Assembly: GCA_016930055.1 (NCBI GenBank)
Contig: JAFGHP010000004.1
Coordinates: 1,857 to 65,856, forward strand
Direction of reading: 5' to 3'
Origin: Candidatus Bathyarchaeota archaeon
Lineage (GTDB): Archaea > Thermoproteota > Bathyarchaeia > TCS64
DNA: 64,000 nt
In this document: positions 31,071 through 41,058 of the stretch, piece by piece
Numbering within the stretch: the stretch's first letter is position 1
How the letters are laid out: each line of letters opens with the position of its first letter
Notes under the pieces: generated by a model
Databases searched by the model: none
What the model was told of the DNA's origin: nothing
Seen by the model: the letters and a program-made list of their open reading frames with translations, nothing else
Made by a program: the position numbers and the translations under genes

Positions 31071-31174
31071 AATATATAAATGATAATTTTTTCATCTTTA
31101 AATTAAATAAAATAATATACTTTTAAAGGGTTAATTTTTTCTTTATTAACGTGTGTTTATTTTTGTGGTAATCA

Positions 31175-32656
31175 ATGAGAGTTGGTATTTCTAGTTTCTC
31201 ACATGAGACATGTACTTTTTGTCCAAATATTACTACTCTTGAAGATTGGGACGTAGGTGGCATGCTTTATGGTGATGATGCGCTAGATACTGAAGGGCAA
31301 GGTAAAAGTTACATTACAGGGTTCAAAGAAGCTGCTCATGAAGAGTGTGTTGAATTAGTAGGTATTCTTGTTGCTAGGAGTCCCCGTACTGTTGGTATGG
31401 GAAGCTGGTTGACTACTGAATCTTTTGAAGTTATTTCGAACAGGATTGTTGAGGGAATTCAAAAACAAATGCCTTTGGATGGTGTTTTATTAGCTCTACA
31501 CGGTGCAATGGCTGTAACTAATGTTGCCAGACCTGAGGCTGAACTTTGCCGGAGAGTTAGAAAAGTTGTGGGTAGAATCCCTATTATGGTAACTCTTGAT
31601 CTTCATGCTAATGAAGATGTGGAACTTGCGAATACTGTTGACGGAGTCTTTATCCTTAAAACTTATCCCCATTTAGATGGACATGAAATTGGAAAGATAG
31701 CTGGAAAATGTATTATTAATACAATTCGTGGTAACTTTAAACCTGTAATGGCTATGCGTAAACCAGGGATAATCAGTGCAAGTGTTTACCAGGCTTCAGA
31801 ATATTTTCCAATGAAAGAAGTTTATGACAGGTGTAGGGAATGGGAAAAAAAAGGTGTTTACTGTGCTTCAGTAGCACCTGGATTTGCATATGCTGATGTC
31901 CCTGATGTTGGGGCTTCAGTCTTTGTTGTAACTAATGATGATCATAAGCTTGCAGAGGAGTGCGCACAGAATATTAATGATTTACTTTGGTCTTTAAGGC
32001 AAGCTCTGACTAGACCTCTCCCTAAAGCTAAAGAGGGGGTAGCTCAAGTTTTAAAAATGGTTTCAGAGGGAACTAAACCTGTTGTGATAGCTTATCATGA
32101 TGATAGGTTGGGTGATGGTACACATGTTTTTAAAGAACTTTTAGAGCAAGGTGCAAAGAACTTTTGTACTACTAGTATTGCTGATCCTAAAATTTTGAAT
32201 AAACTTGAATTGGAAAACCAAATGGGTGATACTGTTACAGTTAAAATAGGAGGTTGGGTTCATCCAATTTCAGGACCACCAATCACTGTTACAGGTCGAA
32301 TTGAATGGTTAGGTCCAGCCAATTGGGTTGAGACGGGTCCAATGGGTCGTGGAGCCAGAAGACACGACGATTTAGTAGCTTCACTAGATTTGGGGAATAA
32401 TAGACATGTAGTGATTTCAAACAGACTTAGAGCACCAATGAGCGCTGATCCCTTAAAAGCTTTAGGTCTTGATGTAGATAGTTACGATATAGTTGAAATT
32501 AAGAGTAGGGTGCATCATAAAGCATATTGGGATACATGGTCAGCAATAGATTTTCCAGTTGATCCTCCAGGTACTACGCCAGCTGATTTAAGTACTTTAA
32601 ATTACAAAAATTTGCCATGGGACATTTATCCGATTGGAGAAAAGTGGAAACATTAG
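31175..32656 (+). CDS. M81 family metallopeptidase (MlrC-like; DUF1485 plus MlrC C-terminal domain)
   Basis: MRVGISSFSHETCTFCP...LALHGAM...LDLHAN is the MlrC-family N-terminal pattern. Confidence 0.8.
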   Translation: MRVGISSFSHETCTFCPNITTLEDWDVGGMLYGDDALDTEGQGKSYITGFKEAAHEECVELVGILVARSPRTVGMGSWLTTESFEVISNRIVEGIQKQMPLDGVLLALHGAMAVTNVARPEAELCRRVRKVVGRIPIMVTLDLHANEDVELANTVDGVFILKTYPHLDGHEIGKIAGKCIINTIRGNFKPVMAMRKPGIISASVYQASEYFPMKEVYDRCREWEKKGVYCASVAPGFAYADVPDVGASVFVVTNDDHKLAEECAQNINDLLWSLRQALTRPLPKAKEGVAQVLKMVSEGTKPVVIAYHDDRLGDGTHVFKELLEQGAKNFCTTSIADPKILNKLELENQMGDTVTVKIGGWVHPISGPPITVTGRIEWLGPANWVETGPMGRGARRHDDLVASLDLGNNRHVVISNRLRAPMSADPLKALGLDVDSYDIVEIKSRVHHKAYWDTWSAIDFPVDPPGTTPADLSTLNYKNLPWDIYPIGEKWKH

Positions 32657-32695
32657 TTGAGTTTAGTGTTATTATTTAATTTTTTTAATTATTAT

Positions 32696-33928
32696 TTAGT
32701 TTACATTATTATTGTTATTCTCTGGGATCATCAACATTAGAGGAATAGCAATGAAAAGATAGTATACAAATCCTAAATACCAATGATAGTCTGGGTTTAT
32801 GTTCCAGATTATTCCTCCAATTAATGGGGCTGGTATTCCAATTAAAGCTGTCATCATTGTACTGATTCCTGCCCATCTTCCTCTCATTTCTAGTGGAATA
32901 TATTCTTGTATAAACGCAAACCACCCAACCTCCATTGAGCTTCCCATAGCACTAAAGAAATTATATAAAAGTAAGAACTCAGGATTAGTTGAAGGTGTCA
33001 AAATAGGCATTAATACGCAAATAGCAAAAACGATTTGGGACAAGTAAGCCATTTTTCTTCTACCAACCCTATCAGTTAAGCTACCCATAGGTACCGAAAG
33101 GATAAGTGAAACAGCTGTAGCTACAGTACTTTGTAAACCTAAAATGTAAGCATCTGCATTTTTAATTTCATAAAAATAGATTTGAATTAAGGGAAACCTC
33201 ATCTGCATAAAAAAAGTATTGACACAATTCAACAATAGTATCCATTTTAAACCAGGAACCTCACGGAACATTTCTTTAAAATTTTGAAAAATATTAAGAT
33301 CTATTTGACTACGCTTCATCTCCGGTTCTTTTAATTTCCAGACAATTATTATGTAGATAAAAAAACTAGCAATAAACTGGATATAAAAAAGTGGTCTATA
33401 GCTATCAACATTCTCAAGACCACCTAAAGAAGTAATTATGTACGCAGCAATTAAAGGAGCAACAAGTCCTAAAGTCGAAATAAACATGTTGCTAGTAACT
33501 AGTCCTTTTACACGATCACGATTAGTAATTGAAGAGATTTGGATTATTTCGATTGTTGGCCAATAAAACCTTGTTGTAATTGATTCCCACATTCTCGTAG
33601 TAAAAAACATTTGGAAGCTTGTTGAAAGTCCTTTTAAAAGACTTATTGGTAAACTAATTAAACCTCCCATAATGTAGAGTTTACGAATGCTTTTTACTCG
33701 GTCAATTACTAAACCTGCAGGGATTGCTAAAATCATTGTTACGAAACTTGCTGCACTTTCAAGATAACTAATATCTTGAGGAGTTGCACCTAGTTTTCTT
33801 ATATAGATCGAAGTATATTGTGCTGTAAGATTATTAAATAATGTTAAAATTGCATTTCTAAAAAGCATTAATTTGAAATTAACCGATTGGTTACGCCAAA
33901 ATGAAAATGCTTCATCAATTAATTTCAA
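32696..33928 (-). CDS. MFS transporter
   Basis: 12-TM profile with GSLTDRVGRRKM motif. Confidence 0.8.
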   Translation of the reverse strand: MKLIDEAFSFWRNQSVNFKLMLFRNAILTLFNNLTAQYTSIYIRKLGATPQDISYLESAASFVTMILAIPAGLVIDRVKSIRKLYIMGGLISLPISLLKGLSTSFQMFFTTRMWESITTRFYWPTIEIIQISSITNRDRVKGLVTSNMFISTLGLVAPLIAAYIITSLGGLENVDSYRPLFYIQFIASFFIYIIIVWKLKEPEMKRSQIDLNIFQNFKEMFREVPGLKWILLLNCVNTFFMQMRFPLIQIYFYEIKNADAYILGLQSTVATAVSLILSVPMGSLTDRVGRRKMAYLSQIVFAICVLMPILTPSTNPEFLLLYNFFSAMGSSMEVGWFAFIQEYIPLEMRGRWAGISTMMTALIGIPAPLIGGIIWNINPDYHWYLGFVYYLFIAIPLMLMIPENNNNNVN

Positions 33929-34017
33929 ATATATTTCTCCAAACTAGATACAATGAATATAAAGGTATGAAAAATAAGTGTTATGAATTTTGATATTTTG
34001 TATTTAGCTTAAAATCT

Positions 34018-35133
34018 TTATGGAGGTAATAAACTCATTTTTTCAGGAGGTTGAAATTTATTTAATATTGTAAAATAACTCATTTTAGCTTGTGCCAATA
34101 AGATTTTATCCCATTTTAAACTATTTTCAAGTCCTTCATCGTTATCATATCTTAGTTGTTGTTTTTTATTATTTTTCTTCAATTGTTTCACTAATTTGCT
34201 AATTTTTTCATGATACACATCGATAGGTGTTTTTTCATTGCTATCAATTATTGATTTTGCTACGATCCGTCCACTAATTGCTGCTGAATCCATTCCTGTA
34301 CCTCTATAAAGATCTAGTAAACCAGCTGCATCTCCTGCTAAGAGAACATTTCCAGAACCAAGAAAAATTCCTCCTAAACAACTTGTAGTATATCCTTCTT
34401 TCCGAACCACTTCTCCTTTTATGGAGTATCTTTTGTGAACATATTTGTAAAATTCGTTAATTGATCTTAATGGATCCTCTTTGCTACTTGTTCCAATAAC
34501 AAGTAAATCGTCTTTATAGTATAACCAACTATACATCAAGTCGCTGAAGTTACGTCGATAAAAAAGTTCTAGACTATTTTTTGGTAGTTCAGATGTGCCT
34601 TTATAATAGAAATTAATTGCAGTACCAGTCACCTTTCTAGAAAATTCTGCAGGTCTTAGTTTTCTCCTTACAATCGAAGTAGGAGATAATCCATCAGCAC
34701 CAATAAGAAATCTTGTTTTAATCTTCTCCTTCGAGGTTTCAACAATTAAACATCTATCATTATCTCTAAAATCAATTAATTTTTCTTCATTACGAAAGTC
34801 TGCACCAGAATCAATTGCTAAACTATTTAACCAATCATCAAAATCACTACGCCAATAATTTAAAAGCTTAAATTTACCAGAGATTCTTCTTCCAGAAGGA
34901 GTAGTTATTGCTATATTATTTAATTCGTTTTTACATAGTTTGTTTTTAGGAATTTTTTTTCCAACAAGTTTTTCCATGTATGGTAGCTGAACACCACTAC
35001 ATACTTTGTTTCTAGGTGTTTTGCACGCTTCTAAGAGTAACGTATCATACCCTGTTTCAGCTAACAGCTTCGCAGCAATTGACCCAGCAATTCCTCCTCC
35101 TGCAACTACTACATCATAATTCTGGGTCATCAC
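34018..35133 (-). CDS. FAD-dependent oxidoreductase, geranylgeranyl-reductase family
   Basis: GxGxxG motif DVVVAGGGIAGSIAAKLLAE, NKVCSGV (compare the GGR catalytic-Cys region), YSWLYY (compare YxWxFP) and LLAGDAAG. Confidence 0.75.
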   Translation of the reverse strand: MMTQNYDVVVAGGGIAGSIAAKLLAETGYDTLLLEACKTPRNKVCSGVQLPYMEKLVGKKIPKNKLCKNELNNIAITTPSGRRISGKFKLLNYWRSDFDDWLNSLAIDSGADFRNEEKLIDFRDNDRCLIVETSKEKIKTRFLIGADGLSPTSIVRRKLRPAEFSRKVTGTAINFYYKGTSELPKNSLELFYRRNFSDLMYSWLYYKDDLLVIGTSSKEDPLRSINEFYKYVHKRYSIKGEVVRKEGYTTSCLGGIFLGSGNVLLAGDAAGLLDLYRGTGMDSAAISGRIVAKSIIDSNEKTPIDVYHEKISKLVKQLKKNNKKQQLRYDNDEGLENSLKWDKILLAQAKMSYFTILNKFQPPEKMSLLPP

Positions 35134-35189
35134 ATGATTCTACACATCATATGATAAAAACTATAACAAAAGAAGTATTTTATTATAAC

Positions 35190-36656
35190 ATGAAAAATAT
35201 TGTCGTTGGAGCAGGAATCGGTGGACTAAGCATTGCTGCATTACTCGCTAAAAAAGGACAGCAGGTAACTGTAATTGAAAAAAATTCTACTCCAGGTGGA
35301 CGAGCTAGACTCTACTCTGAAAAAGGATTCAAGTTTGATATGGGTCCAAGTTGGTATCTTATGCCAGATATTTTTGAAGATTATTTTAAAGAACTAGAAA
35401 TCAAAGTTACAGATATTTATAATCTAGTTAGAATTGATCCCAGTTACAGAATTTTCTTTGAAGATGGGTCTAAGGTAGATGTTTACGCTAGCTTAGAAGA
35501 CAACATAAAATTATTTGATGAACTAGAACCAGAAGGAGGAGAAAAACTAAAGAAGTATTTGGAAAAAGCTGAAAAACATTACAAAATTGCTAAAGAAGAT
35601 CTTCTTTACCGTGATTACAATAGGTTATTAAATCTAATTGATGGAAGATTGTTACTCAATGGTCTCAGATTACCAATTTTTGGAGATATTGACTCATTTA
35701 TTCAAGGAATTTTTTCTAGCGATAAAGCTAAAAGAATATTAGAATATAGCATAGGATTTGTAGGGGGTAGCCCAAAAAATACTCCTAGCATCTATTATAT
35801 TATGAATCATGTAGATTTCAAATTGGGAGTATGGTATCCTATTGAGGGCATATGGAAAGTAATTGAGCAACTTTATGAGATATGCCTAAAAAATGGCGTC
35901 GAATTTAAATTTAATGAAGCTGTCGAGAAAATTAATGTAAAGGGAGTAGCACATTCTGTAGACACTGATATTCAGCATTATATTAGCGATAATATTATTG
36001 TAACTGCTGATTATGCTTATTCGGAGTTGAATTTATTAGATGAAGAGAACCGGAGTTATGACAAATCTTACTGGGACTCTAAACTTTTTGCACCAACTGC
36101 ATTAGTTATTTATATTGGTCTAAATAAAAAATTAACAAAACTCTTACATCATAATCTATACTTAGCAGGAGACTGGAATCTTGATTTTGAAACCCTATAT
36201 GATCCAGATACACCAAGTTGGCCAAACGAAGTCAGTTACTATGTTAATATTACTAGTAAAACCGATCCCACCGTAGCTCCTAAAGGAAAAGAAACAATAT
36301 TCATACTTATTCCACTTCCAAGTGGTATAAAAGACACCTATGAAAATAGAGAAAAATGGTACCAACAAATCGTATCACATTTAGAAAAACTTGCTGATGA
36401 AAAAATAATAGGTTATGAAGAAGTAAAAACAATTTTTGGTCCAGAAGATTTCAAACGTGATTATAATGCATACAATGGTACAAGTCTTGGATTAGTACAT
36501 ACATTAAACCAAAGCGCTATTTTTAGACCCAGCCATCTTAGTAAAAAAGTTAAGAACCTTTATTATACGGGTCAGTATACCCATCCTGGAATAGGGCTAC
36601 CTTTGGTATTAATTAGTAGTCAAATACTTGTAGATAGGTTAATAAAAAAAACATAA
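35190..36656 (+). CDS. Phytoene desaturase/CrtI-family FAD oxidoreductase
   Basis: MKNIVVGAGIGGLSIAALLAKKGQQVTVIEKNSTPGGRA and the C-terminal motif YYTGQYTHPGIGLPLVLISS. The ORF-track N-terminal extension back to 35016 overlaps the divergent gene and is rejected. Confidence 0.8.
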   Translation: MKNIVVGAGIGGLSIAALLAKKGQQVTVIEKNSTPGGRARLYSEKGFKFDMGPSWYLMPDIFEDYFKELEIKVTDIYNLVRIDPSYRIFFEDGSKVDVYASLEDNIKLFDELEPEGGEKLKKYLEKAEKHYKIAKEDLLYRDYNRLLNLIDGRLLLNGLRLPIFGDIDSFIQGIFSSDKAKRILEYSIGFVGGSPKNTPSIYYIMNHVDFKLGVWYPIEGIWKVIEQLYEICLKNGVEFKFNEAVEKINVKGVAHSVDTDIQHYISDNIIVTADYAYSELNLLDEENRSYDKSYWDSKLFAPTALVIYIGLNKKLTKLLHHNLYLAGDWNLDFETLYDPDTPSWPNEVSYYVNITSKTDPTVAPKGKETIFILIPLPSGIKDTYENREKWYQQIVSHLEKLADEKIIGYEEVKTIFGPEDFKRDYNAYNGTSLGLVHTLNQSAIFRPSHLSKKVKNLYYTGQYTHPGIGLPLVLISSQILVDRLIKKT

Positions 36657-36780
36657 ATTTTTTTCATTTTAAATATTTTTCTTTAATTAATGATTACTCG
36701 CTGTTCGAGTATATATTTAGTAATTTTGTTAAAACATTATTTAAATATAATATTTTTATGTTAAATATATGTGGTGAGTT

Positions 36781-38322
36781 ATGGATGAAAACAACTTCTC
36801 ACAACAAGCAATTAATTTTTTAAATAAGAATAGTGAGAAAATAAAAATTAGTTATAAGGGATATGAGAGAAATACGAAATCTATTTGCCCTATATGTTAT
36901 AATAAAATTGATGCTAGAGTTTTTGAAGATGATGAGAAAATTTTTATTGAAAAGGAATGTAAAGAGCATGGATATTTCCGAGATGTTTACTGGTCTAATG
37001 CTTCACTGTTTAAGAAACAATTAATTTATACTATCGAAGGAAACCCGATTGATAATCCGAATACGAAATCATGTGATAATTGTCCATTGGATTGTGGATT
37101 ATGTGAAAAACATAAGACTCACACAATGTTAGCTAACATTGATTTAACAAATAGATGTAACCAGAATTGTCCAATCTGCTTCGCTAATTCAGAAGCAGCG
37201 GGATATGTGTATGAACCTACTTTCGAACAGATTAGAGAAATGCTAGTCATTCTAAGAGATCAAAAACCGAATCCTGTTTGGGTAGTTCAGTTTTCAGGAG
37301 GTGAACCAACTATTCATCCAAAAATATTTGAAATTATTAGTATGGCTAAGAAGTTTGGTTTTAGGTATACAATAGTTGCTACAAATGGTCTAAAAATTGC
37401 AGCAGACATTAATTTTACTAAACAACTAAAAAGTTCAGGTCTAAATATTGTCTATCTACAGTTTGATGGTATGACCCCTGAACCTTACATTCAAGCAAGA
37501 GGTTATAACGCGCTGCCAATTAAACTTAAAGCAATTGAAAACCTTAAGGAAGCCGACCTTCCAACAACCCTTGTACCAACCGTTGTTAAAGGAGTAAATG
37601 ATGACCAATTAGGAGCAATTATAGACTATGGTTTTAAGAATCTTGATGTCGTTAAATCAGTTAACTTCCAACCAGTTTCATTTACTGGTCGTATAGATAA
37701 AAATGATTTAGATGCAATGAGAGTCACTGTATCTGACATTATGACTTTAACTGAAGATCAAACCGATGGTCGAATTTTAAGAAGTGATTGGCTACCTATA
37801 CCTGCTTTTGCTCCTTTGGAGATGTTAATTGAAAAAATTTCAAAATCGAGAAGATCTAAAGCTGCAACACATATTCATTGTGGCGCTGGATTGTATTTGT
37901 TTGAGAAAAATAATAATTACATTCCGCTTAATCGCTTTGTTGATCTTGATTATGCTAGAGAGATTATCATGGAAGAACTGAATACTGAACGACTCTTCAT
38001 GAATGATTTAAGGCGAAAAGCTTCATTAATCTACAAAATATCTAAAACCATTGATAAAGAAAAAGCTCCTGAATACTTCGATTTTAATGAATTATTAATG
38101 GTGGCTTTATTCAATCAGTTTTCAGAAATACCAGAGAATCTAAAAAAGAAAGGCATGTTCATAGGATGCATGCATTTCATGGATCCCTATAACTTCGATA
38201 TAGAAAGAGTTGAACGATGCTGCATACATTATGCAACTCCAGATAAACGAATAATCCCTTTCTGTTCATACAATATACTTCATAGGAATGAAATTGAGGA
38301 AAAGTTTGCACAAAAAAATTGA
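36781..38322 (+). CDS. Radical SAM protein of the MJ0619/Tes (tetraether lipid synthase, GDGT-MAS) architecture
   Basis: The N-terminus carries CPICYNKIDARVFEDD...ECKEHG (rubredoxin-like). An auxiliary cluster motif CDNCPLDCGLCEKH follows. The radical-SAM motif is NRCNQNCPICF. At about 510 aa, the order and spacing match my recollection of MJ0619-type proteins. Confidence 0.65.
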   Translation: MDENNFSQQAINFLNKNSEKIKISYKGYERNTKSICPICYNKIDARVFEDDEKIFIEKECKEHGYFRDVYWSNASLFKKQLIYTIEGNPIDNPNTKSCDNCPLDCGLCEKHKTHTMLANIDLTNRCNQNCPICFANSEAAGYVYEPTFEQIREMLVILRDQKPNPVWVVQFSGGEPTIHPKIFEIISMAKKFGFRYTIVATNGLKIAADINFTKQLKSSGLNIVYLQFDGMTPEPYIQARGYNALPIKLKAIENLKEADLPTTLVPTVVKGVNDDQLGAIIDYGFKNLDVVKSVNFQPVSFTGRIDKNDLDAMRVTVSDIMTLTEDQTDGRILRSDWLPIPAFAPLEMLIEKISKSRRSKAATHIHCGAGLYLFEKNNNYIPLNRFVDLDYAREIIMEELNTERLFMNDLRRKASLIYKISKTIDKEKAPEYFDFNELLMVALFNQFSEIPENLKKKGMFIGCMHFMDPYNFDIERVERCCIHYATPDKRIIPFCSYNILHRNEIEEKFAQKN

Positions 38323-38324
38323 TA

Positions 38325-38924
38325 TTATTTCTCTTTACTAATTCTAAGGTCTATTCCGGGTTTCAAGTTATTCTCTGATCTATCTACAACTGTCTTGATT
38401 CTCCTAATTCTAGTTTTTTGTTGTTTAGCTTCATTTATCCAATGAATATAAATGAAACGTGCTGATTGGGGGAATGAATCAAAATAAAGTTTAACTTTAT
38501 TATTTTTTATTAGAGCTAAATTTAAGTCTTCTGGTACATCAGTTGGGCCTCTATTACTTGAATAAGCTTTTTCCCATCGACCATTTTTCTTTGCGTCTTC
38601 AACAGTTTTTAATCCTGCTAGAGTCATTCTATTTTCTTTTATTAATTTTTCTGCTCGTTTTCGGTTACTAAGAGACCATACACTCTGATTTTTACGAGGA
38701 GAAAAACGCTGCATAAATTCATTGTTGTTGAGACGCTTCATTTTTCCATCAATCCATCCATATGCGACTGCTTCAAGCACAGCTTCCTCGTATGATACAC
38801 CAGGTTTGTAAGAAGATTTCTTTTGAATAATTATCCAAATAGAATCTGCTGTTTCACATTTATCTTTAAGCCATTTACTCCATTCTTCAAGAGAACTAAA
38901 ATATTTTGGATTATCCTCAGACAA
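38325..38924 (-). CDS. YdeI/OmpD-associated family protein
   Basis: LEEWSKWL...SYEEAVLEAVAYGWIDGKMKRLNNNEFMQRFSPRKNQSVWSLSNRKRAEKLI. Confidence 0.8.
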   Translation of the reverse strand: MSEDNPKYFSSLEEWSKWLKDKCETADSIWIIIQKKSSYKPGVSYEEAVLEAVAYGWIDGKMKRLNNNEFMQRFSPRKNQSVWSLSNRKRAEKLIKENRMTLAGLKTVEDAKKNGRWEKAYSSNRGPTDVPEDLNLALIKNNKVKLYFDSFPQSARFIYIHWINEAKQQKTRIRRIKTVVDRSENNLKPGIDLRISKEK

Positions 38925-39004
38925 CTTGATATTTTTTAAGGATTGATAGTAATTTAATTATTTGTATTTTTATAGGTTTAAAAATAAAGTGTATTTTTAA
39001 TAAA

Positions 39005-39943
39005 TTAATTCCAGATTGGTGTTAACCAAAGTCGTCTCCGATCATTTTTTCCAGATACTACGTCTGAGTAATAATTCTGGATTTGAGTAGTGACTATTCC
39101 TGGGTATCTCTCACCAATTTTTATATCATCTATACTTGTAATGGGAGTGATTTCTGCTCCTGTGCCACATAAGAAAGCCTCTTCACTAGCATAAAGGTCC
39201 AAACGTGTAAGGTCTCGTATCTCCGTTTGAATATTCACATCGATTGGTAGATGCTTTAGTAGGAAGTTACGGGTTACTGACTCAAGTATGCTTGCAGTAA
39301 CTGGTGGAGTAATTACTTTGCCCTCCATAACTACCATAAGACAAGCTCCTGTAGATTCGGATACAAAGCCCCTATTATCAAGGAGAATAGCACCATTGTA
39401 TCCTAAACGGCTTACTTCTCTACCAGCTAAACCTGTATTAGCATAGTTAGCCCAGCTTTTTGATTGTGGTGGAAGAGCATCTGATGCAATTCGGCGCCAA
39501 CTACTTACCATGAATCTACGTTCTTTATTAAAGGACTGATTATTTACTCCAAGAAGGGTGTTAAACTCCCATGCAGGAAAAACAATGTGACTTTCAGGGT
39601 TATTCCTTGAAGCTCCTGCTTTAGGCCATATTCTTGGCTGAAGATACACGTTTCCAGTAAAATTATTTGCTATAATGGTTTTTCTTGCTGCTTCTATGAG
39701 TTGTTCTTTATCGTAAGGCATGATCAACCCATTAACTATAGCACTTCTGAATAAACGGTCGATATGTGGCTTCCAAGCAAAAATATTTTGTTTACCTCTG
39801 CCATTAACATCTCCCTCAACGTATGCTTTTATGCCTTCAAAAATACCGAGGTGAATGGGTTCCATTGCAGAAACTAGAGCCTTCTCAGTCTCAACGATTG
39901 ATCCATTCATCCAACAATACTTAGCACCATTAAATCCTGACAT
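39005..39943 (-). CDS. ilvE: Branched-chain amino acid aminotransferase (PLP fold type IV)
   Basis: IFEGIKAY, VYLQPRIW and GTGAEITPITSID motifs. Confidence 0.85.
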   Translation of the reverse strand: MSGFNGAKYCWMNGSIVETEKALVSAMEPIHLGIFEGIKAYVEGDVNGRGKQNIFAWKPHIDRLFRSAIVNGLIMPYDKEQLIEAARKTIIANNFTGNVYLQPRIWPKAGASRNNPESHIVFPAWEFNTLLGVNNQSFNKERRFMVSSWRRIASDALPPQSKSWANYANTGLAGREVSRLGYNGAILLDNRGFVSESTGACLMVVMEGKVITPPVTASILESVTRNFLLKHLPIDVNIQTEIRDLTRLDLYASEEAFLCGTGAEITPITSIDDIKIGERYPGIVTTQIQNYYSDVVSGKNDRRRLWLTPIWN

Positions 39944-40013
39944 AGAACCACATAATTTAATCCTTTAAGGAATTATTTTAGGTTATATAATGCAAAATGG
40001 GAAAAACTGGCTT

Positions 40014-41057
40014 TTACCCTGAAAAAACTTTAATAGATGTTGAGGGAAGCGTGACATAAACCTCATCACCTTTTTCAAAGTTGCTCTCTTTTTGATTATA
40101 TAAGATTGCGGTTACATTAAAACCAACTTCAATCATTGCTAAAGTTGAATGTCCTAGAAAGGTTTTTTCAGTTATTTTTCCTTTTAAAGTGTTTTTAAGG
40201 TTCTTTGGAGAACTTATATTAACTATAACATCCTTGGCTCTTATTCCTACTTGACAGTTATTTCTAATTTCTTCATTTATTATTAAGTTGACACCGTTAA
40301 TTTTTATCTCTCTGACATTAGCTGATGAGGTAATGTTATAGATATTTTCATAGCCTAAGAATCTAGCTATTTCTCCATCTTTAGGATTTTCATATATTTC
40401 TTTTGGTGCACCAATCTGAACTATTCTACCTTTATTAATTATAGCAATTTTATCTGCTAGAGAATATGCTTCTTCTTTGTCGTGAGTTACATGAATGGTG
40501 GTTAATCCTGTTTCTTTATGAACTTTTTTTAACTCAATTCGAAGATCTTGCCTAGTTTCTTCATCAATATTACTTAACGGTTCATCCAATAACAGTATTT
40601 GGGGGGTTGTAGCAATTGCTCTAGCTATGGCAACTTTTTGTTTTTCTCCCCCACTCAAAGTCGATGGCATTCGATTTTTAAAATTATTAATTTCTAATAA
40701 TTCTATGATTTTTAATACACTATCCTTCATTTGATTATCTTTAATTCCCTTCATTTTTGGTCCAAATTCAATATTTTCCATCACCGTTAAATGGGGAAAA
40801 AGAATGCTATTTTGTGGAACATATCCTATTTCCCTTATTTCGACCGGTTTCTCAGTAATATCTATCCCTTTAACGAATACTTTCCCTGAATCTGGATGTT
40901 GAAACCCTAATATTGTTTCAAGTAGAAGAGTCTTTCCTGATCCTGTGGGTCCTAATAATGCATAATATTCTCCCTTATTTACTTCAAAGTCTATAGATTT
41001 TAATTCAAAATTTGGCCATCTTTTTGATATCCCCCTAATGCTTAACTGAATATCCAT
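40014..41057 (-). CDS. wtpC: ABC transporter ATP-binding subunit, tungstate/molybdate type (WtpC/ModC-like) with a C-terminal TOBE-like domain
   Basis: GPTGSGKT, LSGGEKQKVAIARA and LLLDEP. I use the ATG at 41057, one base after the permease stop. Confidence 0.85.
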   Translation of the reverse strand: MDIQLSIRGISKRWPNFELKSIDFEVNKGEYYALLGPTGSGKTLLLETILGFQHPDSGKVFVKGIDITEKPVEIREIGYVPQNSILFPHLTVMENIEFGPKMKGIKDNQMKDSVLKIIELLEINNFKNRMPSTLSGGEKQKVAIARAIATTPQILLLDEPLSNIDEETRQDLRIELKKVHKETGLTTIHVTHDKEEAYSLADKIAIINKGRIVQIGAPKEIYENPKDGEIARFLGYENIYNITSSANVREIKINGVNLIINEEIRNNCQVGIRAKDVIVNISSPKNLKNTLKGKITEKTFLGHSTLAMIEVGFNVTAILYNQKESNFEKGDEVYVTLPSTSIKVFSG

Positions 41058-41058
41058 G

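Noticed and set aside
35016-35189. 58-codon N-terminal extension (GTG start) of the CrtI-family ORF
   Set aside because: The extension overlaps the 5' end of the divergent GGR-like gene and is Leu/Gln/His-rich low-complexity sequence. The FAD-binding GxGxxG lies directly after the ATG at 35190, as in family members.
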